Virus record (IMG/VR): IMGVR_UViG_3300036816_000056
Span: 1-56,300 of that record
Length of the DNA: 56,300 bases
Source of the DNA: a virus
Taxonomy: Duplodnaviria; Caudoviricetes
Strand: one strand, 5' to 3'
Shown: piece by piece, positions 46,508 to 55,001 of the stretch
Numbering within the stretch: the first letter of the stretch is position 1
Layout of the letters: every line of letters begins with the position of its first letter
Position numbers and translations under genes: made by a program
The notes under the pieces: generated by a model
The model's input: only the letters and a program-made list of their open reading frames with translations
Database searches by the model: none
What the model was told of the DNA's origin: nothing

Positions 46508-46741
46508 TTAATTGTTCCAGTACAATGTTTCATAGATGAGGTAAGGAAATATTTCCTTTACCTCTGAGTGGTGCCAACTTCACTGGATGTATCCAGTGAA
46601 CGCTCTGAGCCTAATGGCCTGTTTTCGTTCGCTCAGACGAACTTTCAATTCTCTTATCCAGATGGTAAGTAAGGTGAGGTCATATTCGAATTCCCAATAG
46701 CCATCGGTCCAGAAAGGTGTTTCTTTATAAGTTCTTATCAA
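46508..46741 (-). pseudogene. Small gene: 53 aa, or 77 codons broken by TGA at 46580-46582
   Basis: TTG start after GGAGG; frame stays open after the TGA (SWHHSEVKEIFPYLIYETLYWNN). Confidence 0.4.
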
Positions 46742-46764
46742 ATTAATTCAACCTCCAATTCATT

Positions 46765-46867
46765 TATTCGTTATCGTATTTCGTATATTTTGTTCCTGAT
46801 GTAATCATATACGATATCGAATATTCAGTTAATCCATCTTGCTAATAAATATTCGTTATCGTATAAT
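46765..46867. promoter_or_regulatory. Divergent promoter region with three TATTCGWTATCGTAT operators
   Basis: Copies at 46765-46779, 46809-46823 (inverted) and 46850-46864; TTGCTA-17-TATAAT at 46839-46867. Confidence 0.8.
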
Positions 46868-46879
46868 CCCTTTGAAAGG

Positions 46880-47101
46880 GTGACTACTATGATTAATGTG
46901 AAACCAAATTTAATGCCTCTTTTAAAAGATAAGGGGATTACTCAACAACAATTATCAGAAATGACCGGCATTCCTCAGGGTACGTTAAGTCGATTTGATA
47001 GAAATACCCGTCATGAATCTACTCACTTGTTTACTATCGCAAGAGCATTGGGTATAGGTGTAGAAGATTTGTTTGTAGTGCAGGAGCAAGAGGAAAAGTA
47101 A
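46880..47101 (+). CDS. Second XRE-family HTH repressor
   Basis: KGITQQQLSEMTGIPQGTLSRF...IARALGIGVEDLF. Confidence 0.9.
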   Translation: MTTMINVKPNLMPLLKDKGITQQQLSEMTGIPQGTLSRFDRNTRHESTHLFTIARALGIGVEDLFVVQEQEEK

Positions 47102-47128
47102 ACCTCTGTGCTCCTTTTTAGTTTCCAA

Positions 47129-47422
47129 TTAGATGGGATTCTTAACTTCTGGAAGCTCCATCGTATCTCCCTCAAGCAGAAACTCAGCTTGATTTGTATC
47201 GTGTGTTGGTTCCCAATGGCCGTTTTCTTGTAAGACGCGTACAATGTCCTCGGCATAAGTTTCGTCTGTATTCACAACCAGGTACATATTAAATCCAACT
47301 TTCCCCTCTGAAACTCGACCATACTGAATTTTATGAAGCAAGCGCAGCAAGTCTTCTTTCTCCTGTTGGTTAAGATGCTTATTAATGTCCTCGTTTTTGA
47401 TTACGGTATGTTTGATTTTCAT
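47129..47422 (-). CDS. Hypothetical protein
   Basis: GGGGAG RBS; YLVVNTDE.YA. Confidence 0.7.
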   Translation of the reverse strand: MKIKHTVIKNEDINKHLNQQEKEDLLRLLHKIQYGRVSEGKVGFNMYLVVNTDETYAEDIVRVLQENGHWEPTHDTNQAEFLLEGDTMELPEVKNPI

Positions 47423-47894
47423 TTTGCTTTCTCCCCTCATCTGCTCGTTTTCTAAGTGCATTCACCGCTCGTTTACGCGCTTCTTTTTCCTTCTTGTATT
47501 GTGCAAGTGGAATGAATTCTCCACGCTTTTTAACAAGTATATCTATTGGTAAAGTCGGATATTTAGCTTGGAATAGTTTCAGTTTGACTCGGAAGGTGGA
47601 TGTCTCTACTCCTTTGATATCCACCACCCGTTGACTGTTGTCTAATTCCGTTACCAGGAAGTCAGCAATGTAAGTAACCTTCGGTTTCTCTTAAAGAACA
47701 AATTTAGGATGACATTCGAAGGCTTTAATCTCCCCAAAACTCTTTTGCTGGAGAAGGAGCTGATAATACTCTCCCTCAGCTATGCTATCGAATCGTATAC
47801 CGGTTATATCAAGCTTGTGCTTCTTGACGATCCATTCCGAGAACAATGTCCCGTCTTCAGTGACGATCACTTTGGTTGCGTTGTATTTACTCAT
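47382..47894 (-). pseudogene. DUF1064 (PD-(D/E)xK nuclease) gene broken by an in-frame TAA at 47691-47693
   Basis: MSKYNA...FDSIAE...PKFVL*EKPKVTYIADF...VVDIKG all in one frame. Confidence 0.85.
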
Positions 47895-49024
47895 AGCGTA
47901 TCTTCCGTTCTGTATGGCTGTACAACATGCACCGTCTTCAAATCATCTGGATCTTGGATGAAAATCGATTTAACTTTACCCGTGAAAACCAACAACACTT
48001 TGTCCCCTTCGAGCGTTTTCAAAGCATCCATAAAATATTTGGAATTAAGAGCAACCAGTAAGTTATCTCCCGAAAATGAATCAGGAACAATGCTTTCGCT
48101 AACCTTTCCAGTCTCCCTCCCTTGCCCGCGTATGCTCATCTCGTCTTGGCTGATCCTTAGAATTATTTTGTTATGTTTATCTTCTTTCGCAAGGGTGTAG
48201 ATCAATTCAAGACAGTCCAACATTTCTCTCCTTTCAACCGTGATCCGTGTAACCCCTTCAGGCACATTGGACATTAATCGGACATCAGGAAACTGCCCTT
48301 CCAACACTCGCGAATAAAACGTAAACCGATCCGTTCTAGCAAAAACATGAACTACTTCTCCGCCAGTCGATTTCGAAAATCCAAATTCGATATTGTCTTT
48401 GTCTAAGATGATCTTTTGGAGATCCCCAAGTGCCTTAGCTTCAATAACAGCACCACCTAATTTCCCAACTTCTGTGGCATACTCTGTCTTTGCAAGCCGA
48501 TGTCTATCCGTTGCTTCAATCCCGATCAGACCATCATCAATATACACATGCGCTCCTGAAAGTATTGCAGCATTTTTACCCGTAGGATCAGCCGCATACG
48601 TTGCCTTTTTGAATAATCTTTTGAGTTCTCTGCCTGTCATCTCAAACATTTCACTATCATCAACGGTCGGCACTTGAGGAAATTCTTCTGGGTCGAAGAT
48701 GCCCATGTCTATTTCTTTCTTCCGAGACCTGATAATTGCGGTTGTCCCTTTTGCCTCAATGCTTACGTCCCCATTAAGTTTCTTCATCATTTCCAATGAC
48801 AGTTTCGGGAGTGCTATACGTCCATTTATATCGACCCGGACGTCCTTGCTGAAGATGTAAGACTGAATTGTTGTCCGATTATCCGTCCCGGTAACTCTCA
48901 GCCCTTCGCTGTCAGCCTCAATCAAGAAGCAATCTAGGATAGGCATGAGGCTCTTGCTTGCAAATGCTTTACTTGCATCTTCGAGTGCTTCAACGAGCAA
49001 CTCACTATCCACGACTATTTTCAT
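47891..49024 (-). CDS. dnaN: DNA polymerase III beta clamp
   Basis: 377 aa; PIL...GTD, EEFP, ATDRHRLA, SRVLEGQFPD, N..Y..D.L, V.P.R. Confidence 0.93.
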   Translation of the reverse strand: MKIVVDSELLVEALEDASKAFASKSLMPILDCFLIEADSEGLRVTGTDNRTTIQSYIFSKDVRVDINGRIALPKLSLEMMKKLNGDVSIEAKGTTAIIRSRKKEIDMGIFDPEEFPQVPTVDDSEMFEMTGRELKRLFKKATYAADPTGKNAAILSGAHVYIDDGLIGIEATDRHRLAKTEYATEVGKLGGAVIEAKALGDLQKIILDKDNIEFGFSKSTGGEVVHVFARTDRFTFYSRVLEGQFPDVRLMSNVPEGVTRITVERREMLDCLELIYTLAKEDKHNKIILRISQDEMSIRGQGRETGKVSESIVPDSFSGDNLLVALNSKYFMDALKTLEGDKVLLVFTGKVKSIFIQDPDDLKTVHVVQPYRTEDTL

Positions 49025-49148
49025 AAGGACGATTTACCTCCTGTGGTTTTTTCTTGGCGTTAGGATTGCACTCCGGGCAAGGGCCGAGCATCATCATCGC
49101 ACCAACAAATTGATATTTTACCGTTGCACCACCACAAGTTTTGCACAT
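49005..49148 (-). CDS. Small CxxC-CxxC protein (47 aa, not in the ORF track)
   Basis: MCKTCGG...PCPECNP; GGAGGGG RBS. Confidence 0.6.
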   Translation of the reverse strand: MCKTCGGATVKYQFVGAMMMLGPCPECNPNAKKKPQEVNRPYENSRG

Positions 49149-49152
49149 ACTA

Positions 49153-50109
49153 CTATCCCCTCCGTCTATTTCTTCCGCCCACTGGCAGTATTTTTACAAA
49201 AGGCTCAATCCGTTCAATAATCCGCTCCGCTTTCTTCTCATGCTGCTTTCTGTCCATCTCCCTGGCATCCTTTACATTAGCCAAGTGATGTCTCAATTCA
49301 TTAACAGTCAAATTGGAAGTATATATTGTCGGCAGACGCTCCATGCGTCGCTGGAGTATAGGACCTATCACTTCATCCCTTGTCCAAATGGTTAAGGTCT
49401 CGGCTCCAATATCATCGAGTATCAGTACAGATGCTGTCCGTAGAGAGTCAAGTTTGTTCTCAACTGTTTCTGTCTTGGAACCAATAGCATCTTTGACTTC
49501 CAGCAGAAAATCCGGTACATAGACCATGAGAACATCTATGTCACATTTGGCAAGTTCTTGAGCAATCGCTCCTGCGATCCGGCTCTTACCCACCCCCATC
49601 GGACCATAAAGATATAATCCTTCTCTCGTTTCCCCTGGAACGAAGGTGCTACAGAATTTCACTGCCGACGTAATCGCAGCCAACCGCTGCGGATCAGGTT
49701 CAATATCGTCAAAGGTGGCATCCAGAATGTGCGATGGTATATAGTGGCTCTTGATCTTTTGACCTATACCCTGTTGTCGCTCGTGAGACTTTAGTAAATC
49801 GCATTTCCGGAGTCGAAACACTAACTCGTCCGTTTTATTGGGGTTAGGCTCTTCGACGCTCCTATGCCCCTTCTGGACGTTCTGACAGCCTATTAGACCA
49901 GGGCAAGTGGCGCATGCATCACATTGAGCCAAATGTTCTGACACGTCCCTGTATCTTCTCGGGCTTGTCAGGTCGCTTGAACGATCAGGGTACGTCTGTC
50001 TGAGTCGTTGTATTTCAGGATGGTTATTAATCTGCTGAATAGCCGCTTGCTGCCTTTCAACAAAATCAGGAGGGACCAGCGCCCTTAATTCTTCCTCAAA
50101 GCTACCCAT
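49153..50109 (-). CDS. dnaI: DnaI/DnaC-like helicase loader
   Basis: GLYLYGPMGVGKS, LILDDIGAE, W.RDE, TIYTSN, GGRNRR. Confidence 0.9.
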   Translation of the reverse strand: MGSFEEELRALVPPDFVERQQAAIQQINNHPEIQRLRQTYPDRSSDLTSPRRYRDVSEHLAQCDACATCPGLIGCQNVQKGHRSVEEPNPNKTDELVFRLRKCDLLKSHERQQGIGQKIKSHYIPSHILDATFDDIEPDPQRLAAITSAVKFCSTFVPGETREGLYLYGPMGVGKSRIAGAIAQELAKCDIDVLMVYVPDFLLEVKDAIGSKTETVENKLDSLRTASVLILDDIGAETLTIWTRDEVIGPILQRRMERLPTIYTSNLTVNELRHHLANVKDAREMDRKQHEKKAERIIERIEPFVKILPVGGRNRRRG

Positions 50110-50113
50110 ACAC

Positions 50114-51145
50114 TCACACTCCTTGTTTTGACCGTAAAGCAGCCAACATCTCTTTTAAATCATCCTTTGTCACAGTAGCTTCGGATGATTCTTCATCAGG
50201 CCGAATATCCGGCACTGGAACTGCAACCTGATTTAAGTTTTCTCGCTTAGCGTGTAGAGAATATACAACCGTGGCGCAATAACTCAGGTTACGTATCTGA
50301 TCCCATTTGTTTTTGGGTTTAAAATTGTTAAATGCTTGGTCAATTCCGTCTAAGACTGTTTGGAGCGGAATCCTTTCAGCCATGAACTGATTGACAGTCT
50401 CTTCATCGTTGAATGATATCTCCAGTCCTTTCCCTCTCCTCTGGAGATAACGATCTGCGACTTGATTACGATATTCGGTTTGGGAAACCTCCCGATCAGA
50501 GTCAGTATCTGCTTCGGTATTAGGAACAGAATCCGGGTTTCCCGTGTATGATTCAAAGACCGAATTGGCATCTTTTAAACAACAACTAACTTTAATACTG
50601 TCTTTAAACATGTCTTTAGAGGTGCCCTCAGACTTACTCCCGCAAGGGATTGAGCTCTCTTCGACTTCCACTTTTCGTAACTCAACAGTTACACTTTTCG
50701 TAACTTCGGAGTTACACTTTTCGTAACTTTCGTCATACTCTTCACTTTCTGGAGTTACACTTTTTGTAACTTTGGTTTTACTCAAATTAAGTGAAATAAG
50801 TTCAGAAAACTTGTCTCGATCCCACTCTTTTACGAGACTAACTCGCCATTCATCATAGTTCTTGTTCAGCGAATAAATTTGCTTTCCGTCCCATGAGATA
50901 ACCTTGCATTGTTGTAAATAGGTGATCTCTTTTTTGGCATCCTGTATACGCACTCCACACAGTTCAAAATTCTTGAGGAGTGGTATGACAGCCTCTTTCT
51001 TTTGGCAGCCATAAGAGAGTCGTAGAACAAGTTTGAGCACCTTCTGTTGGCGTTCTGTGAACTTCCTACTGATGATCTCGTCCCAAATTTCATTAGCAAT
51101 TCCTATATATCCGTTTTTTAACTGGGGACTTGCCACTCTCCTCAC
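50114..51145 (-). CDS. Replication initiator (lambda O-like N-terminus)
   Basis: PQLKNGYIGIANE...RLSYG..KK...NKNYDEW; internal iterons. Confidence 0.88.
   Translation of the reverse strand: MRRVASPQLKNGYIGIANEIWDEIISRKFTERQQKVLKLVLRLSYGCQKKEAVIPLLKNFELCGVRIQDAKKEITYLQQCKVISWDGKQIYSLNKNYDEWRVSLVKEWDRDKFSELISLNLSKTKVTKSVTPESEEYDESYEKCNSEVTKSVTVELRKVEVEESSIPCGSKSEGTSKDMFKDSIKVSCCLKDANSVFESYTGNPDSVPNTEADTDSDREVSQTEYRNQVADRYLQRRGKGLEISFNDEETVNQFMAERIPLQTVLDGIDQAFNNFKPKNKWDQIRNLSYCATVVYSLHAKRENLNQVAVPVPDIRPDEESSEATVTKDDLKEMLAALRSKQGV
50668..50772. repeat. Iterons / replication origin
   Basis: Three full and one partial AGTTAC-ACTTTTY-GTAACT units inside the initiator gene. Confidence 0.85.
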
Positions 51146-51257
51146 CCCGAAACTTCAAATGACACGCTGTTGTATTTGCAAAATCGAAACAACATGATAT
51201 AATGCTTTCAATTGTTTAGGTAACTGATCGTGTTGGTAGCACGATTAACTTTAGGAC

Positions 51258-51620
51258 TCATTTGTTACTGTTGTTGCGGTAGACTCTTCTGCAATAGTAG
51301 TTACAAAAGAGTCCTTCTTCTTTCGGATCAGGAACTCTCTGTCCTGAGAAAACCTCTCTATCACAGTGCTTACACAAACCAATCACTGTCCCTTCAACCT
51401 TATAACCTGATGGTTCTTTCCAGATAAGGCCTTCATATTCCGCGTTTTTATCAATTGAACGTTCCAACTGTATGAGTTCATCACGAAGTACTTTGATTTC
51501 TCGTTTTATTGTTCTTATGTTAAGTTCCATTGATAATGCATCAATTGCATCATCATATAAGTCCCTAATCTTTCGACGCAACACCCTGGTTTGCATTAAC
51601 TTATGAGCGTGTATCATCAT
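51258..51620 (-). CDS. Coiled-coil / zinc-finger hypothetical protein
   Basis: CKHC...FCNYYC. Confidence 0.7.
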   Translation of the reverse strand: MMIHAHKLMQTRVLRRKIRDLYDDAIDALSMELNIRTIKREIKVLRDELIQLERSIDKNAEYEGLIWKEPSGYKVEGTVIGLCKHCDREVFSGQRVPDPKEEGLFCNYYCRRVYRNNSNK

Positions 51621-51718
51621 TTCTTTTTAGCAATGTTTCTTTGTAGAATCGCATGCTGTAATGGTTTGTGTGACCACATGCGGGCTAATTCATCAAGTGT
51701 CATAAATTTGACAGCCAT
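51617..51718 (-). CDS. 33-aa peptide (not in the ORF track)
   Basis: MAVKFMTLDELARMW...; AGGAG RBS; coupled to the next gene. Confidence 0.5.
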   Translation of the reverse strand: MAVKFMTLDELARMWSHKPLQHAILQRNIAKKK

Positions 51719-51733
51719 CATTCTCAACTCCTA

Positions 51734-52162
51734 TCAAATGTAGTCTTCTGGACGAAATTCCTTGACGAACTCTGCCGCGTCATCAAAATCAATGCGCCGC
51801 ACATGACTGTACTTCGCTACTTCAAACCTTTCCTTCAACTTACTCCAGATCATTCGACGATAACGACCAACCATGTCCTTGAACTTCTCATCAGACTCTT
51901 TATAGCGATCCTTGGTTAGTCCATTAGATTTCTTGCGAACAAGAGACTGGAGTTGGTAGCACTCTGCATCCGTCAGCGTTACGCTGTCCCGGACCTCCTG
52001 AACCATCATCTGAACCTCTCCGACCTTTTCGGCAACGTCCTCTTGCATCTGTCTGATGCCATCCACCAAACCGCGAATAGCCATACCTTGTGCTTCAGTT
52101 AACTGCATCTGTCTTTCTACAACCGATAAGAAGTCAGGCTGATTAGGATTCATCAATGTCAT
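51734..52162 (-). CDS. ORF6C-domain protein
   Basis: IWSKLKERFEVAKYSHVRRIDFDDAAEFV. Confidence 0.8.
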   Translation of the reverse strand: MTLMNPNQPDFLSVVERQMQLTEAQGMAIRGLVDGIRQMQEDVAEKVGEVQMMVQEVRDSVTLTDAECYQLQSLVRKKSNGLTKDRYKESDEKFKDMVGRYRRMIWSKLKERFEVAKYSHVRRIDFDDAAEFVKEFRPEDYI

Positions 52163-53282
52163 TTGGATTTACCACCTTTCTTGAATTAATTGCCGGACGA
52201 AGTTGGTCTATGAAGGATTGGAGCATATCAAGACCTTCAGACAGCCGTTTCTTTTCACTGGTGCTTGCACTGGATACTGCTCCAAGCATGAACGATGTAA
52301 TACCAACCTTCTGTAGGAACTGTTTAACATGAATGCTGATTTGAATAGTGTTACTGTCAGCTTCAAAGCGAAGTTTTTTCATCTGAGCTGCCGCTTGTTG
52401 TTCATCAAAGTCATCAGGTTGCTGGAGCTTCATTGTCTCCAACTCTTCTTTCGTCCGTTGATAACCAGCTTTCAATTCTTCCACCTTCAGGCGTTCGCTT
52501 TCCACATCAACTTCAAGCTTGTCCTTCCAGTATTGATCACGCTCTTTAATCTTCTTAGCAGCTTCCTGAGATTTCTGTTCGAGAAGAACTTCTGTCTCTT
52601 CATCTCGACGTTCTACTGCCGCCGCTACTGCTTCGTCCACCTGATCGACTGGAATCGCATCCTTGTACCGCCGCTCAAGTTCTTCCTTTTCCTTCTCGGC
52701 TTGGTTCGCCCTAGTCTCAGCCTCTCGCAAAGCAGCTTCAAGTCGCTCTTTTGTCTCTACATACGCTTTGTGTGTGGAAATGATCCCTGCGTCAAGCTGT
52801 TGAATGATTTCCGGTGTGGCGTTTTCCATGATGTACTTTGCTTTATCGTAATTTCTGCCTGATCCAAACCCTGCGTGATCAGCAACTATGTCACGAACCT
52901 GTCCGGCAGGCTGCTCATGAAAATTTTCCTTGCCTGCGGCCATTCGTTCTTTAGCTTTGATCCGTTCAACCTCTTCCAGACGTTTAGCCCATTCAACTCG
53001 CTCTGAGAAGGTGAATTCTTTCCGATGCTCGTTCTCGGATATTTCAAGCCGAAGCTGATGTTCGAAGTCGCTGATTTCCATCACCCGGACTACAACCTCT
53101 TTGCGTCCCAGGTACTGATGAGCGCGCAAACGACGCTCTCCTGCTATTAACTGATAATCTGGTGTTACTACTATAGGATTGATAAGTCCGTTTTGATCAA
53201 TGTCTTGCGCAAGTTCTTCAATACCACCGAAGTCCTTTCGGATACGGTCACTGACCTTAATTCTATTAATGTCTATGAGCAA
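52143..53282 (-). CDS. ParB-like protein (CTPase-fold domain, HTH, coiled coil)
   Basis: GLINPIVV...IAGERRLRA...EISENEHRK; HTH VRDIVADHAGFGSGRNYDKA. Confidence 0.88.
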   Translation of the reverse strand: MLIDINRIKVSDRIRKDFGGIEELAQDIDQNGLINPIVVTPDYQLIAGERRLRAHQYLGRKEVVVRVMEISDFEHQLRLEISENEHRKEFTFSERVEWAKRLEEVERIKAKERMAAGKENFHEQPAGQVRDIVADHAGFGSGRNYDKAKYIMENATPEIIQQLDAGIISTHKAYVETKERLEAALREAETRANQAEKEKEELERRYKDAIPVDQVDEAVAAAVERRDEETEVLLEQKSQEAAKKIKERDQYWKDKLEVDVESERLKVEELKAGYQRTKEELETMKLQQPDDFDEQQAAAQMKKLRFEADSNTIQISIHVKQFLQKVGITSFMLGAVSSASTSEKKRLSEGLDMLQSFIDQLRPAINSRKVVNPNDIDES

Positions 53283-53337
53283 GATAAGACCCCTTTCAAA
53301 CATAAAATTGAAGTTAATCGGCATGTTTCAGAAAAAT

Positions 53338-53646
53338 TCAGCTTCCTTTTTTGTAACTAGCAGCCCGTTGTGCAGCTCTCCATGCCTCCAAATCAGTTAG
53401 ACGGAACTTGATTACAGGTCTTCTGGAACCTGATGTCCCATAACGTTCATGTGGAATGCTGCCCTCTTGACACATACGGTATATCAGTTTTTCAGAGATT
53501 CCTATGTGTGCTGCCGTCTCTGCTACGTCCAAAGTTTTATCACTCAGTCCAGCAAACTCTGCCCTGAGTCGATTTTCTGCTATAGCTACATGCTCGGATA
53601 TCATTGAACGAATTGCTTCCTCAAGCAAAACTAATGGATTATCCAT
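53338..53646 (-). CDS. Excisionase-like HTH protein
   Basis: LDVAETAAHIGIS...IY......IPH.R.G...F...DLEAW. Confidence 0.8.
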   Translation of the reverse strand: MDNPLVLLEEAIRSMISEHVAIAENRLRAEFAGLSDKTLDVAETAAHIGISEKLIYRMCQEGSIPHERYGTSGSRRPVIKFRLTDLEAWRAAQRAASYKKGS

Positions 53647-53684
53647 TTCACATTTCCTTTCTTTTGAGGTATGGTATACTGGAG

Positions 53685-53891
53685 TCATTGATGATCCCTT
53701 ACCAATTCATCAACTGTTACATCTAAAGCAGTTGCAAGTTTGACAAGCGTTTCAGCATTTGGCCCCTGTTTTTTTTCTTTCAAGCCATATATCACAGTCA
53801 TTGAAACACCGCTTTCCTTACCCAGCCTGTACGGCGTCCACCCTCTTTCGTCAAGGAACTTTTGAACGTTATTTCCGATTGTTAACCCCAT
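53685..53891 (-). CDS. Cro-like HTH regulator
   Basis: 68-aa XRE protein divergent from the repressor. Confidence 0.88.
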   Translation of the reverse strand: MGLTIGNNVQKFLDERGWTPYRLGKESGVSMTVIYGLKEKKQGPNAETLVKLATALDVTVDELVRDHQ

Positions 53892-53917
53892 GTTGTGTTC
53901 ACCTCCTTAACACACTA

Positions 53918-54067
53918 TATCTCCGTTTTAGGTTATAGTAAAACTCATTAATCTCCGTTTTAGGTTATAAAACTATATATTTACTCTTTGATCCTCTCTT
54001 AAGCTTGACATATCTCCTCTTTTTGTTTTATTATAACCGTATTGGGTTATATCCTTTTTAGGTTATA
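53918..54067. promoter_or_regulatory. Lysis-lysogeny switch with operators of consensus TATAACC-N6-GGTTATA
   Basis: Copies at 53918-53937, 53950-53969, 54032-54051 and 54048-54067, degenerate at 54011-54030; TTGACA at 54005-54010. Confidence 0.85.
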
Positions 54068-54082
54068 CTATCGGAGGTCGTG

Positions 54083-54508
54083 ATGTTAATGCTGTCAGAT
54101 AAAATTAAAGAATTGATGGATTTGAACAATCTAAGCGCCTACAGAGTCTCTAAAGACACAGGTATACCTTATACAACACTCACAAAGATTCTGAACGGAG
54201 CAACAAAAAGTCCTAAGATCGACTTGATTAAGATAATCGCCGATTATTTTAACAAGCCGCTAGACCACTTCACTGAGAGTGAAGACACCACTCACAACGC
54301 TCCAGAATGGGCCACATCTAAAGACTTATCAGATATTAAGAAAATCCTTGAAGAAGACCAGCCTGTCTTGTTTGATGGGGTACCAATTACAGATGAAAAC
54401 CGCCAAAGAGCTATGGACATTCTGACCGGGCTACTTTGGGAAGCCAAAGAGCTAAATAAGAAAACATATGGACGTAAGAAAAAGGCACCCCCTAGAGACG
54501 AAAAGTAG
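54083..54508 (+). CDS. ImmR/CI-like repressor
   Basis: N-terminal XRE HTH; C-terminal LFDG.PI; no autopeptidase; followed by ImmA. Confidence 0.88.
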   Translation: MLMLSDKIKELMDLNNLSAYRVSKDTGIPYTTLTKILNGATKSPKIDLIKIIADYFNKPLDHFTESEDTTHNAPEWATSKDLSDIKKILEEDQPVLFDGVPITDENRQRAMDILTGLLWEAKELNKKTYGRKKKAPPRDEK

Positions 54509-54928
54509 GTGACCGGTTTGGATGACATCATTCGCAAGCTCGTTCGCAGATTCAAGACCAACGATCCTTTTGTAATAGCTAAAGGACTTAACATAATAAT
54601 TCAACATGCGGAATTCGGACCAGGCACGAGAGGTTTATACTACAGACGGTTGCGCAGGCGATTCATTGTTATACATAATGGCTTGCCTGAAGAGTGGCAA
54701 CGCGTGGTGTGTGCTCATGAACTTGGACACGATCGACTTCATTCGGGTTTAAGCCAATTCTGGATTGATGAGCATACCTTCTTCAATACAGGAAAATTCG
54801 AACGACAAGCAAATATTTTTGCGGTAAAACTGTTAACCCAACTCACTGAACGCGATCCAGGAGAAACAGAAGAATCATACCTCTTGCGATGCGGCGTACC
54901 GAAACAACTTCATAACTTAGAAATGTAA
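54509..54928 (+). CDS. immA: ImmA/IrrE metallopeptidase (antirepressor)
   Basis: TNDPF...CAHELGH..LH...ERQANIFA. Confidence 0.92.
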   Translation: MTGLDDIIRKLVRRFKTNDPFVIAKGLNIIIQHAEFGPGTRGLYYRRLRRRFIVIHNGLPEEWQRVVCAHELGHDRLHSGLSQFWIDEHTFFNTGKFERQANIFAVKLLTQLTERDPGETEESYLLRCGVPKQLHNLEM

Positions 54929-54972
54929 CTTTGCGCTTTCCAGCCGCAAGGCTGTTTACCATACAAAAAAAT

Positions 54973-54986
54973 AGAACTGGTGTTCG
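54973..54986 (+). promoter_or_regulatory. LexA box upstream of the integrase RBS
   Basis: AGAACTGGTGTTCG fits GAAC-N4-GTTC. Confidence 0.65.
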
Positions 54987-55001
54987 TCAGGAGGGATTTA
55001 T

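Noticed and set aside
50668-50772. Repeats as a CRISPR array
   Set aside because: Spacers too short and uneven; they fit iterons inside an initiator gene
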